A stretch of 64,000 bases of DNA. Source: Prochlorococcus sp. AG-402-G06 (GTDB lineage Bacteria > Cyanobacteriota > Cyanobacteriia > PCC-6307 > Cyanobiaceae). The translations under genes were made by a program, and so were the position numbers. The stretch's first letter is position 1, and each line of letters begins with the position of its first letter. The notes beneath the pieces are model-generated. The model did no database searches. It was given only the letters and a program-made list of their open reading frames with translations, and had not been told where the DNA came from. Of the stretch, positions 11,029-20,927 are shown piece after piece. Where the stretch lies: contig QCHR01000004.1 of assembly GCA_003277985.1 (NCBI GenBank), positions 36,396 through 100,395 on the forward strand, read 5' to 3'.

Positions 11029-11781
11029 TTAGATTATTCCATTTAAAAAAGCCTGAACTATTTCATTGGCAAGGAGTTTTATTGTTTTTTGCCTAGTTTT
11101 TACATTCCTTAGATTTTCTTCTAGCAAGCCCTCTAATTTTCCAATTTCAAGAATCCTTATTTGCCTTCTTGGTGCGCCTAAACCTCCTCTAAATAAAATA
11201 GGAAACCGTCCAAATATTTTTGCGATTGACTCGTCTATTTTATTTGGCCTGGTAGAGAAAGGAGGGATCAATCCTGAACCAACTCCATACTTACCGTATG
11301 CATCAAAATGAATCTCAATCGCATACCCACCACGTTTGGCGAATTTCCTCCCAACTGACCAATTCGTTCTTGGATCATTAGCGTCGTCAATATTTCTTAT
11401 TCCTGGGTCATAAGAATTGATATTTAAACCTTTCTTTTTGCCAATTTTAACAATTGATTCTTGTAATTTTAAATTCCAAAAAAGTTCATCACTTATTCCT
11501 GGATGCATTGGATTCAAACCAAACTTATCAACGGCTTCTCCAGGTGTGCCAGCACCTGCCAACCCCTGAGAGTCTGCATGGCCAGCTAATATTAAAATGG
11601 GGATATTTTTATCTACATCAATAGTGCCAACCCAATGTGCCGGAAAATTAGAGCTTTCACCAATGATCAGATCAAGGTCTTCAGTAATGTTTGAATTCCT
11701 AGTGGAGTGCAGTTGAAAAAATGCATAAAAAGTAATTACAAATACTATTAATTTTAAACTATTTAATACTTTATTTCTCAC
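11029..11781 (-). CDS. Putative N-acetylmuramoyl-L-alanine amidase (Amidase_3-like) with an N-terminal membrane anchor
   Basis: ILILAGH, ELFWN, IEIHFD and ILEIG give the H/E/H zinc ligands and catalytic E pattern. Confidence 0.6.
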   Translation of the reverse strand: MRNKVLNSLKLIVFVITFYAFFQLHSTRNSNITEDLDLIIGESSNFPAHWVGTIDVDKNIPILILAGHADSQGLAGAGTPGEAVDKFGLNPMHPGISDELFWNLKLQESIVKIGKKKGLNINSYDPGIRNIDDANDPRTNWSVGRKFAKRGGYAIEIHFDAYGKYGVGSGLIPPFSTRPNKIDESIAKIFGRFPILFRGGLGAPRRQIRILEIGKLEGLLEENLRNVKTRQKTIKLLANEIVQAFLNGII

Positions 11782-11793
11782 TACAAATAGGAA

Positions 11794-12351
11794 TTAAATA
11801 GGGGAAGAAAGTAGAGAATTTTCACTACTAAGCTCAAGCCTTTCAGACAATTCCAACTGAATTGCTATCAGCTCATCGCGATGAGCTTTGATTCGTAAAA
11901 TACTGAAATCAGATAAATCGGAACTTAATAACTTAACTTCTAATGATTCCTCTCGTTTGGATTTATTACGATAAATAATTCCAGCTAGAGGTGCACCAAT
12001 TGCAGCCAGTAGCAATGGCCACCAACTCAAAGAGGGGTACAGCTGAATCAGAACAAGACCCAAACATGCTGAGCCTAGTCCTCCGAGGCAAGATAAAAAG
12101 ATCACCAAAAAAGTACTAGAAGCAACATTGCCATTAAAGATCAACAATTTCTCTTCAGCATTGCCTCCATATTTTTTCCAACCACGTTCTTCTAGCCAAA
12201 AACTAATACCTTTCAAAACTTCCAGAGGAGGCAAAGGAGACTTAACATCTACAACTGTTGTACGGTCCTTACTTGCGGCTCGTAGAAAGAACCCCAAACC
12301 TATCGCCAATAGGATAGTAAGAAATAATGTTGAGGAGAATGCAGTTTGCAT
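11794..12351 (-). CDS. Cofactor assembly of complex C subunit B (CCB1-like)
   Basis: STLFLTILLAIGLGFFLRAASKDRT and AHRDELI motifs; three TM segments. Confidence 0.8.
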   Translation of the reverse strand: MQTAFSSTLFLTILLAIGLGFFLRAASKDRTTVVDVKSPLPPLEVLKGISFWLEERGWKKYGGNAEEKLLIFNGNVASSTFLVIFLSCLGGLGSACLGLVLIQLYPSLSWWPLLLAAIGAPLAGIIYRNKSKREESLEVKLLSSDLSDFSILRIKAHRDELIAIQLELSERLELSSENSLLSSPI

Positions 12352-12538
12352 CTCAAAAAAACGATCCTTCTTATTTTAATTGTTCTAGAAAACATAGCTA
12401 CAAAAGTGAGCTAAAAAAATTAAAAAATATTAGAAAAGATCAAATCGTTGCTTTTACTAAATATTTTTCATCATTTGAGGTATTAGAATTAGATCATAAA
12501 ATAAATAACTGATAAATTAAATTCCCATTAAATTTATT

Positions 12539-13183
12539 ATGCCTAAAGCATTTGATGAACCCTCTACTTTCAAGATCTTTGATAAAGACATAGATAATGA
12601 AACTGAAATTGCTTTAAGCGCATCTACAGCTTTAGCAGTTGATACCGAAGCCATGGGATTAATTCATGGTAGAGACAGGCTATGCTTAATACAATTATGT
12701 GATAAATTTGATAATGTTATATGTATTCGTATAGAACGAAATCAACATTCAGCACCACACTTAAAATCTATTCTTGAGAAAAAAACAATTGAAAAAGTAT
12801 TTCATTTTGCAAGATTTGATGTTGCTGCCTTAGCAAGTAATCTTGATATTGAAGTTAATCCAATTTTTTGTACAAAAATAGCAAGTAAAATAGGCAGAAC
12901 TTATAGTCCAAGGCATGGATTGAAAGAAGTAGTTATGGAAACTGTTGGAGTCGAATTAGATAAACAAGCTCAAAGCAGTGACTGGGGAAAAGTTGGTGAT
13001 TTAACTCAAAAACAACTTATCTATGCAGCTAATGATGTTAGATATTTACTAGGAGCTAAAAATAAACTTGAAGAAATGTTGAAACGAGAAGAAAGATGGG
13101 AATTAGCCCAAAAATGTTTCCAATGCATTCCTATTTTATCCGAGCTTGACCGAAGACGATTTACAAATATTTTTGAACATTAA
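12539..13183 (+). CDS. rnd: Ribonuclease D-like 3'-5' exonuclease
   Basis: AVDTE, RDRLCLIQ, FHFARFD, QSSDWG, YAANDV (DEDDy). Confidence 0.88.
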   Translation: MPKAFDEPSTFKIFDKDIDNETEIALSASTALAVDTEAMGLIHGRDRLCLIQLCDKFDNVICIRIERNQHSAPHLKSILEKKTIEKVFHFARFDVAALASNLDIEVNPIFCTKIASKIGRTYSPRHGLKEVVMETVGVELDKQAQSSDWGKVGDLTQKQLIYAANDVRYLLGAKNKLEEMLKREERWELAQKCFQCIPILSELDRRRFTNIFEH

Positions 13184-13204
13184 TTTTTTCAACATAAAGA
13201 TAAA

Positions 13205-13474
13205 TTAATCCTCAAGCATAAAATTCTCCTCTTCTTTTAGAGCCTTTAATAATTGATCAAATGATGCGGAGGCCGATACACTATGTTTTTCATCCTCATA
13301 TAAAGTTTGCTCAAGTATCTTTTGAGCAATATCTTTTCTCGATTGCAAATCTTTTTTTCCTTCTTTAGCTGCCGCAACCTCTACTTTTCGTCGAGCGGCT
13401 GAAATACTAATACTTAAAGAAGATGCCAATTGAGCGCAAATTTTAAGATAATGATGATCTTCAATTAGTGGCAT
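13205..13474 (-). CDS. Conserved hypothetical protein
   Basis: 89-aa ORF with ATG start filling an intergenic gap; acidic C-terminus EENFMLED. Confidence 0.75.
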   Translation of the reverse strand: MPLIEDHHYLKICAQLASSLSISISAARRKVEVAAAKEGKKDLQSRKDIAQKILEQTLYEDEKHSVSASASFDQLLKALKEEENFMLED

Positions 13475-13532
13475 ATGCAGAAACTTGAGTAGAAAATTTT
13501 CATAAAAAAATCCTCTACTAGATTACACCGCA

Positions 13533-14753
13533 CTACAAACCCTTGGACAAGTGATTGGAAATACTAAGGGCGATAGACTGACTTCCACCCTCGGGACCCA
13601 TTCTTTTGGACCCTCTTGAGCCAATTATCTCCCTATCAAAATCAGAATTCAGTAAAAAAACTACTTGTTTTGCAAGAGTTTCATAACCCTTAGCAATAGC
13701 TACCGCTCCTCCTAATAAACGACTTTGACGCTTAGCAAAATTGAAATTAAATTGATGACCTTTGCCTGGTAGAGACACGCATGGGATACCTAAACCTACT
13801 AATTGTTCTGTAGCTGTGCCTGCATTAGCTACTCCTACTTCTCCCCACTTAGCCCAAAAGGGAAATTGGTTAAAGCCAATCAAAATAAGTAATGAGTTTT
13901 TTTCCCATATTTCCGAAATCCCATTTTCACCTGTTGACTGATTACTAGGTTTAAAGCCTAACTCACTTAATATTAATGATATTTTTTTCCTCATTGCGGA
14001 AGAGCTTAAAGGCACAAATACTGCAATGGAAGATGTAATTTGAATAAACTGGATCGCAATTAAAAGTTTTTTAAAATTCTGATACGCCTCAGGCAAGCGA
14101 CTTCCACATAACAAAATCAAACGTCTATATTTTTTAAAGTAACTAGGACACTCTCTTTTGGAAATTCCATCCATCATTGGATTCCCAGGCGATAGTGCCT
14201 TTACAGCATGATTTCTCAAGCCCCTAGCAGTGATTTTATCTCTTACTACAACCATCCTGCAACGACTAGATCGCATCAACCAATATTCCCATGGATCCCA
14301 CTCAGTTCCTTTTAATCGATGGTAACAATCACTCAAAGCGGATCTTGGCCCACTCACCCATGTGTAATCACTTTTAGGGGTGCCAATAAAAAAATAATTT
14401 GCCCCACTAGCCCATGCAAAAAGAAGAGGTAATAAATCTCCAACTGCAACGACAATTTTTCCTTCTTTGGCCGATCTATGAATCAAAGTCCATTGCCTCC
14501 AAAGACTTCCTACTAATCCAGCTTTTAAATCTAAAAACAAGCCAATAAAACTCTGATTACTAAATCCTCCGCTTGGCAAAAAAGTTGAGGAACCAATCTT
14601 GGCAAGCCAGCCATCTTTTACAAGCGTTGAGAATGCTTTTCCATCTCCAACCATCGGAAGAACTTCATGGGAGATATTTGGATTAATTTCATGGAGAGCC
14701 TCTATAACCTTGCAAGCAATCGTGTCTTCTCCATGTCCATTAGACAGAAACAA
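13533..14753 (-). CDS. Lipid-A-disaccharide synthase-related glycosyltransferase (cyanobacterial family)
   Basis: FLSNGHGED, LPSGGF, AVGD, GNPMMD, AGTATEQLVGLG. The track start (14957) runs through tRNA-Cys; in-frame TTG at 14753 is proposed, but the start is uncertain. Confidence 0.75.
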   Translation of the reverse strand: MFLSNGHGEDTIACKVIEALHEINPNISHEVLPMVGDGKAFSTLVKDGWLAKIGSSTFLPSGGFSNQSFIGLFLDLKAGLVGSLWRQWTLIHRSAKEGKIVVAVGDLLPLLFAWASGANYFFIGTPKSDYTWVSGPRSALSDCYHRLKGTEWDPWEYWLMRSSRCRMVVVRDKITARGLRNHAVKALSPGNPMMDGISKRECPSYFKKYRRLILLCGSRLPEAYQNFKKLLIAIQFIQITSSIAVFVPLSSSAMRKKISLILSELGFKPSNQSTGENGISEIWEKNSLLILIGFNQFPFWAKWGEVGVANAGTATEQLVGLGIPCVSLPGKGHQFNFNFAKRQSRLLGGAVAIAKGYETLAKQVVFLLNSDFDREIIGSRGSKRMGPEGGSQSIALSISNHLSKGL

Positions 14754-14810
14754 AAGATTTTGTTCGGTTTGACTGATACGATTTGAATTGGGAATGAAAA
14801 TTTCATTTTC

Positions 14811-14881
14811 GGCGGCATGGCCAAGTGGTAAGGCAGAGGATTGCAAATCCTTTATCCCCAGTTCGAATCTGGGTGCCGCCT
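14811..14881 (+). tRNA. tRNA-Cys(GCA)
   Basis: GGCGGCA/TGCCGCC acceptor stem, anticodon arm GAGGA-TTGCAAA-TCCTT, GTTCGAATC T-loop; CCA not encoded. Confidence 0.97.
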
Positions 14882-15222
14882 TAATTATTAGTCGTTTGAT
14901 TTTTCTTAGGAAGCCTTCCAGCACAATGCTCCATGTGTAGCGAGTAGCAAGTTTCAAGAAGGTTCAGAAATTAATAAATTGATTTTGGTACTAGATCTTA
15001 ATTTTGATCATATATCCAATATTACAGTTAGCTTCTAAAAGAACCACTAGCGAGAAACTTGTGGGTAATCAGGATGACAAATATTTACGTCTTATTTTAA
15101 CTCGTTGATTGAATATTTGTTGTTCATGTTATGAAGGTTTTTTTTCATTACAATTAAATAGAAGAATTCACATAGATACATTATTCATGAATTAATATTA
15201 ATCATATTGAACAATAAGAACA

Positions 15223-15654
15223 GTGTCTGATCAAATTGAATTCAGTTCTTTTTATAAATTATTAAATTCAATCAAGGAAGGTAAATCTGAACAAATATCT
15301 TTACTCGATGAAAAAATTAATGAATTCAAAGATGGTAACCAATCAAAAAGTTTTCTCGATGAATTAGGTTCCCTTTATCTCTCTATAGGTATTACCGAAC
15401 TGTATAATTTTACGAATACAAAAGATCTCCATGAAATAGGACTCATCGATAAAGAAGGATGGGAAACATTATCTTCTACAAATCAACAAGAATTACCTGT
15501 ATACCTAGCAAATAAAATGATTGAGTACATTAAAGAAAATAAGAAAGTAAAGGAAATGTCCAATAAGTGGAATATTAAAGAAGGTGAAATAAGAAAGCAT
15601 ATCACCAAAATGGCAAGATATATAACAGAAGGGATTATTGATGTAATTGAATAG
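15223..15654 (+). CDS. Hypothetical protein
   Basis: 143-aa ORF (GTG start) in AT-rich DNA; no recognised motif. Confidence 0.7.
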   Translation: MSDQIEFSSFYKLLNSIKEGKSEQISLLDEKINEFKDGNQSKSFLDELGSLYLSIGITELYNFTNTKDLHEIGLIDKEGWETLSSTNQQELPVYLANKMIEYIKENKKVKEMSNKWNIKEGEIRKHITKMARYITEGIIDVIE

Positions 15655-15728
15655 TGTTTAATTTGGATTAACACTTTACATTACCAATCTGTTTTCATAC
15701 GTTTACATCTAAATAGATAAATTATAAA

Positions 15729-15908
15729 TCAATAATCATTATCAGCTACACAAATACCTAGACATCTTATTCCGTTACTAGAAGTTCTTCCACAATGATT
15801 ACATAGAACTTTTTCTTGTTGATCATTGCTTTGATTATCTTTGCAATTTTCATCATTGCTATATTTCTTTTCAAAAAAAGAATCTTTAAAACTATTTAAT
15901 TTATTCAT
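15729..15908 (-). CDS. Small Cys-rich hypothetical protein
   Basis: C-terminal CNHCGRTSSNGIRCLGICVADNDY; ATG at 15908 preferred. Confidence 0.7.
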   Translation of the reverse strand: MNKLNSFKDSFFEKKYSNDENCKDNQSNDQQEKVLCNHCGRTSSNGIRCLGICVADNDY

Positions 15909-15958
15909 GTAAGATAGCAATATTAGTTTTATTTAATTGAAATAACAAAAATGAAATC

Positions 15959-16930
15959 ATGACTAAGAAAAAAATTGGGATTGGTTTTGGGACTTGGGCG
16001 TGGGGCAATAAGCTTGTTTGGGGATACAAAGCTGAAACAGATGATATTTTACTTAAAAAAACTTTTTTTGATGCAATAGATGGAGGATTAGATTTGATTG
16101 ACAGTGCAGATTCATATGGCACTGGAAGTTTATTTGGTCAAAGCGAAAAGCTGATCGGCGATTTCCTAGAAGAGTTACCCATGCGAAAGCTCAAAAAAAT
16201 CACTATCGCAACAAAGCTCGCTCCCTTTCCATGGAGAATTGGTCGAAATGGTCTAAGAAAAGCTTTTCAAGAAAGTAATCAGCGCCTAAAAGGGAATATG
16301 ACAAGAGTACAACTTCATTGGAGTACTTATCGCTATGCACCTTGGCAAGAAGAGCAATTACTAAATGGCCTAGGAGATTTATACGAAGAAGGTTTAATTA
16401 AAGAAATAGGACTCTCTAATACTGGTCCAAAAAGATTAACTTTTTTATTCAAAAACTTGAAAAAAAGAGGAATTAAAATTAATAGTATACAAACGCAACT
16501 TTCTTTATTAACAAAACCATCTTTAGAAGATGAAAAAATCAAAAATATATGTGATGAGAACGAAATTGAATATTTAGCTTATAGTCCATTAGGACTAGGA
16601 ATTCTAACAGTTCCACCTAATAAATCTCCCAAGCCTAAAACATTCTTACGACAAAAACTATTCAATAGGATACTTCCAAAAACTATAGAATTGAGAACAA
16701 TAATAACTAATATTGGTAAAAAGTACTCAGCCTCCCCAGCACAAGTTGCATTGAATTGGGTCAGATCACATGGAGCCAAACCAATAGTCGGGATTCGTAC
16801 TCCACTGCAAGCTAAAGATACAATTTCTGCGCTTAAATGGTCGTTAACTAAAAGTGAGAAAGAAAGTCTGGATTTTTACAGAAATAAATGCATAGCAAAT
16901 ATGCCTCAAAATCCTTTCAGTAGTCCATAA
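15959..16930 (+). CDS. Aldo/keto reductase
   Basis: GFGTWAWG, DSADSYG, IATK, QLHW, IGLSN, LAYSPLG, AQVALNW. Confidence 0.92.
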   Translation: MTKKKIGIGFGTWAWGNKLVWGYKAETDDILLKKTFFDAIDGGLDLIDSADSYGTGSLFGQSEKLIGDFLEELPMRKLKKITIATKLAPFPWRIGRNGLRKAFQESNQRLKGNMTRVQLHWSTYRYAPWQEEQLLNGLGDLYEEGLIKEIGLSNTGPKRLTFLFKNLKKRGIKINSIQTQLSLLTKPSLEDEKIKNICDENEIEYLAYSPLGLGILTVPPNKSPKPKTFLRQKLFNRILPKTIELRTIITNIGKKYSASPAQVALNWVRSHGAKPIVGIRTPLQAKDTISALKWSLTKSEKESLDFYRNKCIANMPQNPFSSP

Positions 16931-16937
16931 TAAAAAT

Positions 16938-17570
16938 TCAAGTATCAGGGCTGACAATAACTTTCATTGAATCTGAGGAAGTAGGAAGACTAATCACTTT
17001 TGCTGGTGGAATGGGCTGTGAATTTGCGCTTTTTTCAATTACTTCTTTTTCAGGCTCTTGCTCATCTTTAGCACAAGCTTCTAACGCTTCTCTCAACAAC
17101 GAGTCAAAGGTTGCGCCTGGCAATCTATGCCTAGCGACCTCAAGGAATGTGAGTGGTAAAGACTCCGATGCCGCATCTTTTAAGGCAGGGTTATTTTTTC
17201 TATGCTCTTGTTCGTCCTGAATGGCTCGAATAAATCTGAGAGTAACTTCATGCTTAGTAGACGCTTTAATCAAAGTATCGTTATCTCTTTGCCCATTAGT
17301 TGCCTCTTGTTCTAAGTCAGTAATTCTACTTTCCAAACTTGTAAGCACTTCATCAGCTTCTTTACCAATATGAGAAAGTTGTCCGTCAGACAAGTTTGGT
17401 AAATCAGCTACATAAACTTTCCCATGATCTCTAAGGGTTAAAAACGTTGGTCTTGGACCACCATTTTGTCGCATACCTGAATCCGCTTGACCTCCTAAAG
17501 GCCTTTTAGGAGGTGTTGGACCTGCAGAACTTCTCCTACGCGTTAGACGCTGTTGATTTTCAAAAGGCAT
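16938..17570 (-). CDS. Conserved picocyanobacterial hypothetical protein
   Basis: 210-aa ORF, RLTRRRSSAGP..RPTFLTLRDHGKVYVADLP; coiled-coil-like middle. Confidence 0.8.
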   Translation of the reverse strand: MPFENQQRLTRRRSSAGPTPPKRPLGGQADSGMRQNGGPRPTFLTLRDHGKVYVADLPNLSDGQLSHIGKEADEVLTSLESRITDLEQEATNGQRDNDTLIKASTKHEVTLRFIRAIQDEQEHRKNNPALKDAASESLPLTFLEVARHRLPGATFDSLLREALEACAKDEQEPEKEVIEKSANSQPIPPAKVISLPTSSDSMKVIVSPDT

Positions 17571-17731
17571 AGAGCTAATTAAGATCTAACTTCGCATTAC
17601 CCGAACTGATATCCGGCTTGCGTATTTATACATCTTACTGTTTTTTTACCGTTATAGAAAATCTTTTTTAACCTTCATTTAATTTGTTCAAAAAATGTAC
17701 TAGAGGATTTTATAAAACTATGCTTAAAACC

Positions 17732-18772
17732 TCACCTAGGTATTCCCAAAATATCGATATGTTTTGAATTATTCTGACTTTCAACAACTTTACCTATATT
17801 CCAAGCTTCAAAATCATTTATCATACTTATTTCTAAAGTAGAATTCACTGCATTTTTAGGAACAATTAGACAAAAACCTATCCCCATATTAAAAGTATTC
17901 CAAAGATCAATTTCAGGTATATCTCCAGCATTTTGTAACCAACTAAAGATTTCGGTTATTTCCCAAGTAGTTATATCTAAATGTGGCGACAGTCCAGAAG
18001 GGAAAATTCTTGGAAGATTCTCTGGTAAACCTCCACCTGTGATGTGCGTCATTCCATGAATTGGTATATTTTCACTCAACAATTTCTCAACAAGTTGAAC
18101 ATAAATTGCGGTTGGTTCCAGTAAAGATTGAATCAAGTTCCTTTTATCTTTCCCATAAAGAGTATTTTCATCCACATCCGCCATGGAAAGAACTTTACGA
18201 ACAAGACTAAAACCATTGCTATGAACACCGTTACTTTTAATTCCAATAATCTGATCTTCACTATTAATTTGTGTGCCGTCTATCAAGTGATGATTTTCAA
18301 CGATCCCAACACAAAAACCTGCTAGGTCATATCTTCCTCTGGGATAGAAACCGGGCATTTCAGCAGTTTCGCCTCCCAAGAGAGAACAATCCGATTGACA
18401 ACAGCCTGAGGCAATCCCCTCTATCACCTCAGCCAAAGCATCAGGAGTCAAAGTCCCGCTTGCAATGTAATCGAGAAAAAATAAAGGTCGAGCCCCATTA
18501 GTTATTACATCATTGACACACATTGCAACCAGGTCGATTCCCACTCCAAAATGACAACCATATTGTTGAGCTAATTCTAATTTTGTACCAACACCATCCG
18601 TCCCAGATACCAAGACTGGGCTTTCATAGCCTTTTGGAATTCTTATACATCCTCCAAAACCTCCCAACCCGCCGATGACCTCACTTTTATGAGTTTTTTC
18701 AACGCATGATTTAATTCTCTCTACAAAGGCTCTTCCAGCAGTAACATCAACTCCCGCAGTTTTGTAATCCAT
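17732..18772 (-). CDS. purM: Phosphoribosylformylglycinamidine cyclo-ligase
   Basis: [43 protein letters not shown]. Confidence 0.97.
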   Translation of the reverse strand: MDYKTAGVDVTAGRAFVERIKSCVEKTHKSEVIGGLGGFGGCIRIPKGYESPVLVSGTDGVGTKLELAQQYGCHFGVGIDLVAMCVNDVITNGARPLFFLDYIASGTLTPDALAEVIEGIASGCCQSDCSLLGGETAEMPGFYPRGRYDLAGFCVGIVENHHLIDGTQINSEDQIIGIKSNGVHSNGFSLVRKVLSMADVDENTLYGKDKRNLIQSLLEPTAIYVQLVEKLLSENIPIHGMTHITGGGLPENLPRIFPSGLSPHLDITTWEITEIFSWLQNAGDIPEIDLWNTFNMGIGFCLIVPKNAVNSTLEISMINDFEAWNIGKVVESQNNSKHIDILGIPR

Positions 18773-18895
18773 CAGTAAAAAGCTTTCTTATTCAAAAGAT
18801 ATGAACCCTAATATGAAATCCATATGGGATCAGTATGCAATCAACTTATTTCATTTCAATCATAAGTTGATGAAATTAATTTATTTACCAACATA

Positions 18896-20446
18896 GTGGT
18901 ACAAAAAATCCTCCAAACTAATGCTGAATTAAACGATTGGCTTAGTGAACAAAATTCAGCAATAATTTTTATCCCTACTATGGGAGGACTTCACCCTGGA
19001 CATCAATATTTAATTGAGAAAGCAAAAGAAAGAAAAACCCAAAAAAACCAAATTATTCTTGTAAGTATTTTTGTAAATCCATTACAGTTTGGAAAAGATG
19101 AAGACTTCAAAAAATATCCCAGAAATATAAGCAAAGATTCTGAATTAGCTTTTAATGCAGGAGCAGATGCAATTTGGGCTCCAAATTATTTTGAGGTTTT
19201 TCCTGGGGGAGAAAATTCACATTTTAAAATTCAAGTTCCTCAAACATTGAACAACCAATTATGTGGTGCAGAGAGAGCAGGGCATTTTGATGGAGTTGCA
19301 ACAGTTATTATTCGTCTCATCAGAATTATCAGACCAGAAAAACTAATCCTAGGAGAAAAAGATTGGCAACAATTAATTATTATTAGAAAGCTTTTCCAAG
19401 AACTATCTATAGCAATAAAAATTGAATCCTATTCCACTAAAAGAGACCAAAGTGGATTTGCTTATAGTTCAAGGAATTCTTATCTGAGCGATTCTGAAAG
19501 GGTAAATGCTCAATCATTACCCAATACACTCAAAGAAGCAAAAACAGACTTTGAAAAAGAAAAAGTAATAAATCTCACAAAAATAGCTTCTAAACTTAAA
19601 GAAAACAGTTTAAAAATTGAATATCTTAAAATCGTAGATCCATTTTCATTGAAAGAAATAGAAAATTTAGATGGAATATGTCTTTTAGCAGCAGCAGTAA
19701 AATGTGGGTCTACGAGGTTAATTGATCACACTTTTCTTATGCAACGAAAACCAATTATTGCGATTGATGGTCCAGCTGGTGCCGGAAAAAGCACCGTAAC
19801 TAAAGCATTTGCCCAAAAGCTTGGTTTGATTTATTTAGATACTGGCGCAATGTATCGAGCGGTGACTTGGCTAATCATAAGCAATTCTATTGCTCCAAAT
19901 GATCAAGCGGCAATCGAAAATATCTTAAAAGATTCAAATTTAGAATTTAAAAACTCAAGTTTTATTGAGCAAAAAATATTCATTAATAATATTGACGTAA
20001 CAAAGAAGATACGATCTCCAGAAGTAACTTCAATGGTTTCTGAAATTGCCAAACAACAATTTGTAAGAGAATTACTTACACGACAGCAAAAAGCAATTGG
20101 GAAGGATGGGGGCTTGGTTGCTGAAGGAAGAGACATCGGCACAGCCGTATTTCCAGATGCAGATGTAAAAGTTTTTCTTACTGCTTCTCCAACAGAAAGA
20201 GCAAAAAGAAGAGCTCTTGACTTAAACAAAAGAGGTTTTGAATTCTCAAGCATTGAAGATCTTGAACAAGAAATTAAAGAAAGAGATAAAAAAGATAGCG
20301 AAAGAGAAATCGCCCCACTAAAAAAAGCTCAAGATGCAATAGAGCTAGTAACAGATGGAATGAATATTGAAGAAGTTTTAGAAGAACTAACTTATATTTT
20401 TAGATCAAAAATTCCAGAAGAGGTCTGGGCTTATCCTACTCTATAA
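18896..20446 (+). CDS. panC/cmk: Bifunctional pantoate--beta-alanine ligase / cytidylate kinase
   Basis: PTMGGLHPGH, FVNPLQF, GEKDWQQ, SSRN, then IAIDGPAGAGKST, DTGAMYR, EGRDIGT. Confidence 0.95.
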   Translation: MVQKILQTNAELNDWLSEQNSAIIFIPTMGGLHPGHQYLIEKAKERKTQKNQIILVSIFVNPLQFGKDEDFKKYPRNISKDSELAFNAGADAIWAPNYFEVFPGGENSHFKIQVPQTLNNQLCGAERAGHFDGVATVIIRLIRIIRPEKLILGEKDWQQLIIIRKLFQELSIAIKIESYSTKRDQSGFAYSSRNSYLSDSERVNAQSLPNTLKEAKTDFEKEKVINLTKIASKLKENSLKIEYLKIVDPFSLKEIENLDGICLLAAAVKCGSTRLIDHTFLMQRKPIIAIDGPAGAGKSTVTKAFAQKLGLIYLDTGAMYRAVTWLIISNSIAPNDQAAIENILKDSNLEFKNSSFIEQKIFINNIDVTKKIRSPEVTSMVSEIAKQQFVRELLTRQQKAIGKDGGLVAEGRDIGTAVFPDADVKVFLTASPTERAKRRALDLNKRGFEFSSIEDLEQEIKERDKKDSEREIAPLKKAQDAIELVTDGMNIEEVLEELTYIFRSKIPEEVWAYPTL

Positions 20447-20909
20447 GACTATCTATCAATTCATCAATAGCATCATTCAACAAATTTAGAACCTTTTCAA
20501 AGCCATTTTGACCACCATAATAAGGATCAGGGACTTCCTCTAATTGAGAGTTTTTTGAGTAACTTAGAATAAGCTTTATTTTAGAATTGACAGAATTCAT
20601 ATCATCTTCAATTAATGATTTAACAGCCTCAAGGTTATCTTTATCCATAACAAGAATCTGATCAAATTCATGTAAATCATTTACGTCTATTTGTCTCGAT
20701 CTACTGGTCAGTTCAATACCTCTAGATAATGCTGTTGCACGCATTCTTCTATCAGGAAGGTTTCCAACATGCCAACTGCCAGTGCCTGCGGAATCAACTA
20801 AAAAAAAATTTTCTAAATCTCTTTCTTTAATTTTATGCTTAAAAATTCCTTCAGCCGCTGGTGATCGACAAATATTTCCCAAGCAAACAAAGAGAATTTT
20901 TTTTACCAT
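20436..20909 (-). CDS. Low-molecular-weight protein-tyrosine phosphatase
   Basis: FVCLGNICRS P-loop, DSAGT, VPDPYYG. Confidence 0.93.
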   Translation of the reverse strand: MVKKILFVCLGNICRSPAAEGIFKHKIKERDLENFFLVDSAGTGSWHVGNLPDRRMRATALSRGIELTSRSRQIDVNDLHEFDQILVMDKDNLEAVKSLIEDDMNSVNSKIKLILSYSKNSQLEEVPDPYYGGQNGFEKVLNLLNDAIDELIDSLIE

Positions 20910-20927
20910 TTGTTGAAAGTGTTTAAT

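Noticed and set aside
14754-14957. N-terminal extension of the 474-aa ORF
   Set aside because: It runs through tRNA-Cys on the opposite strand and precedes the family's first motif.
18896-20446. panC-cmk fusion as a novelty
   Set aside because: A well-known cyanobacterial fusion.
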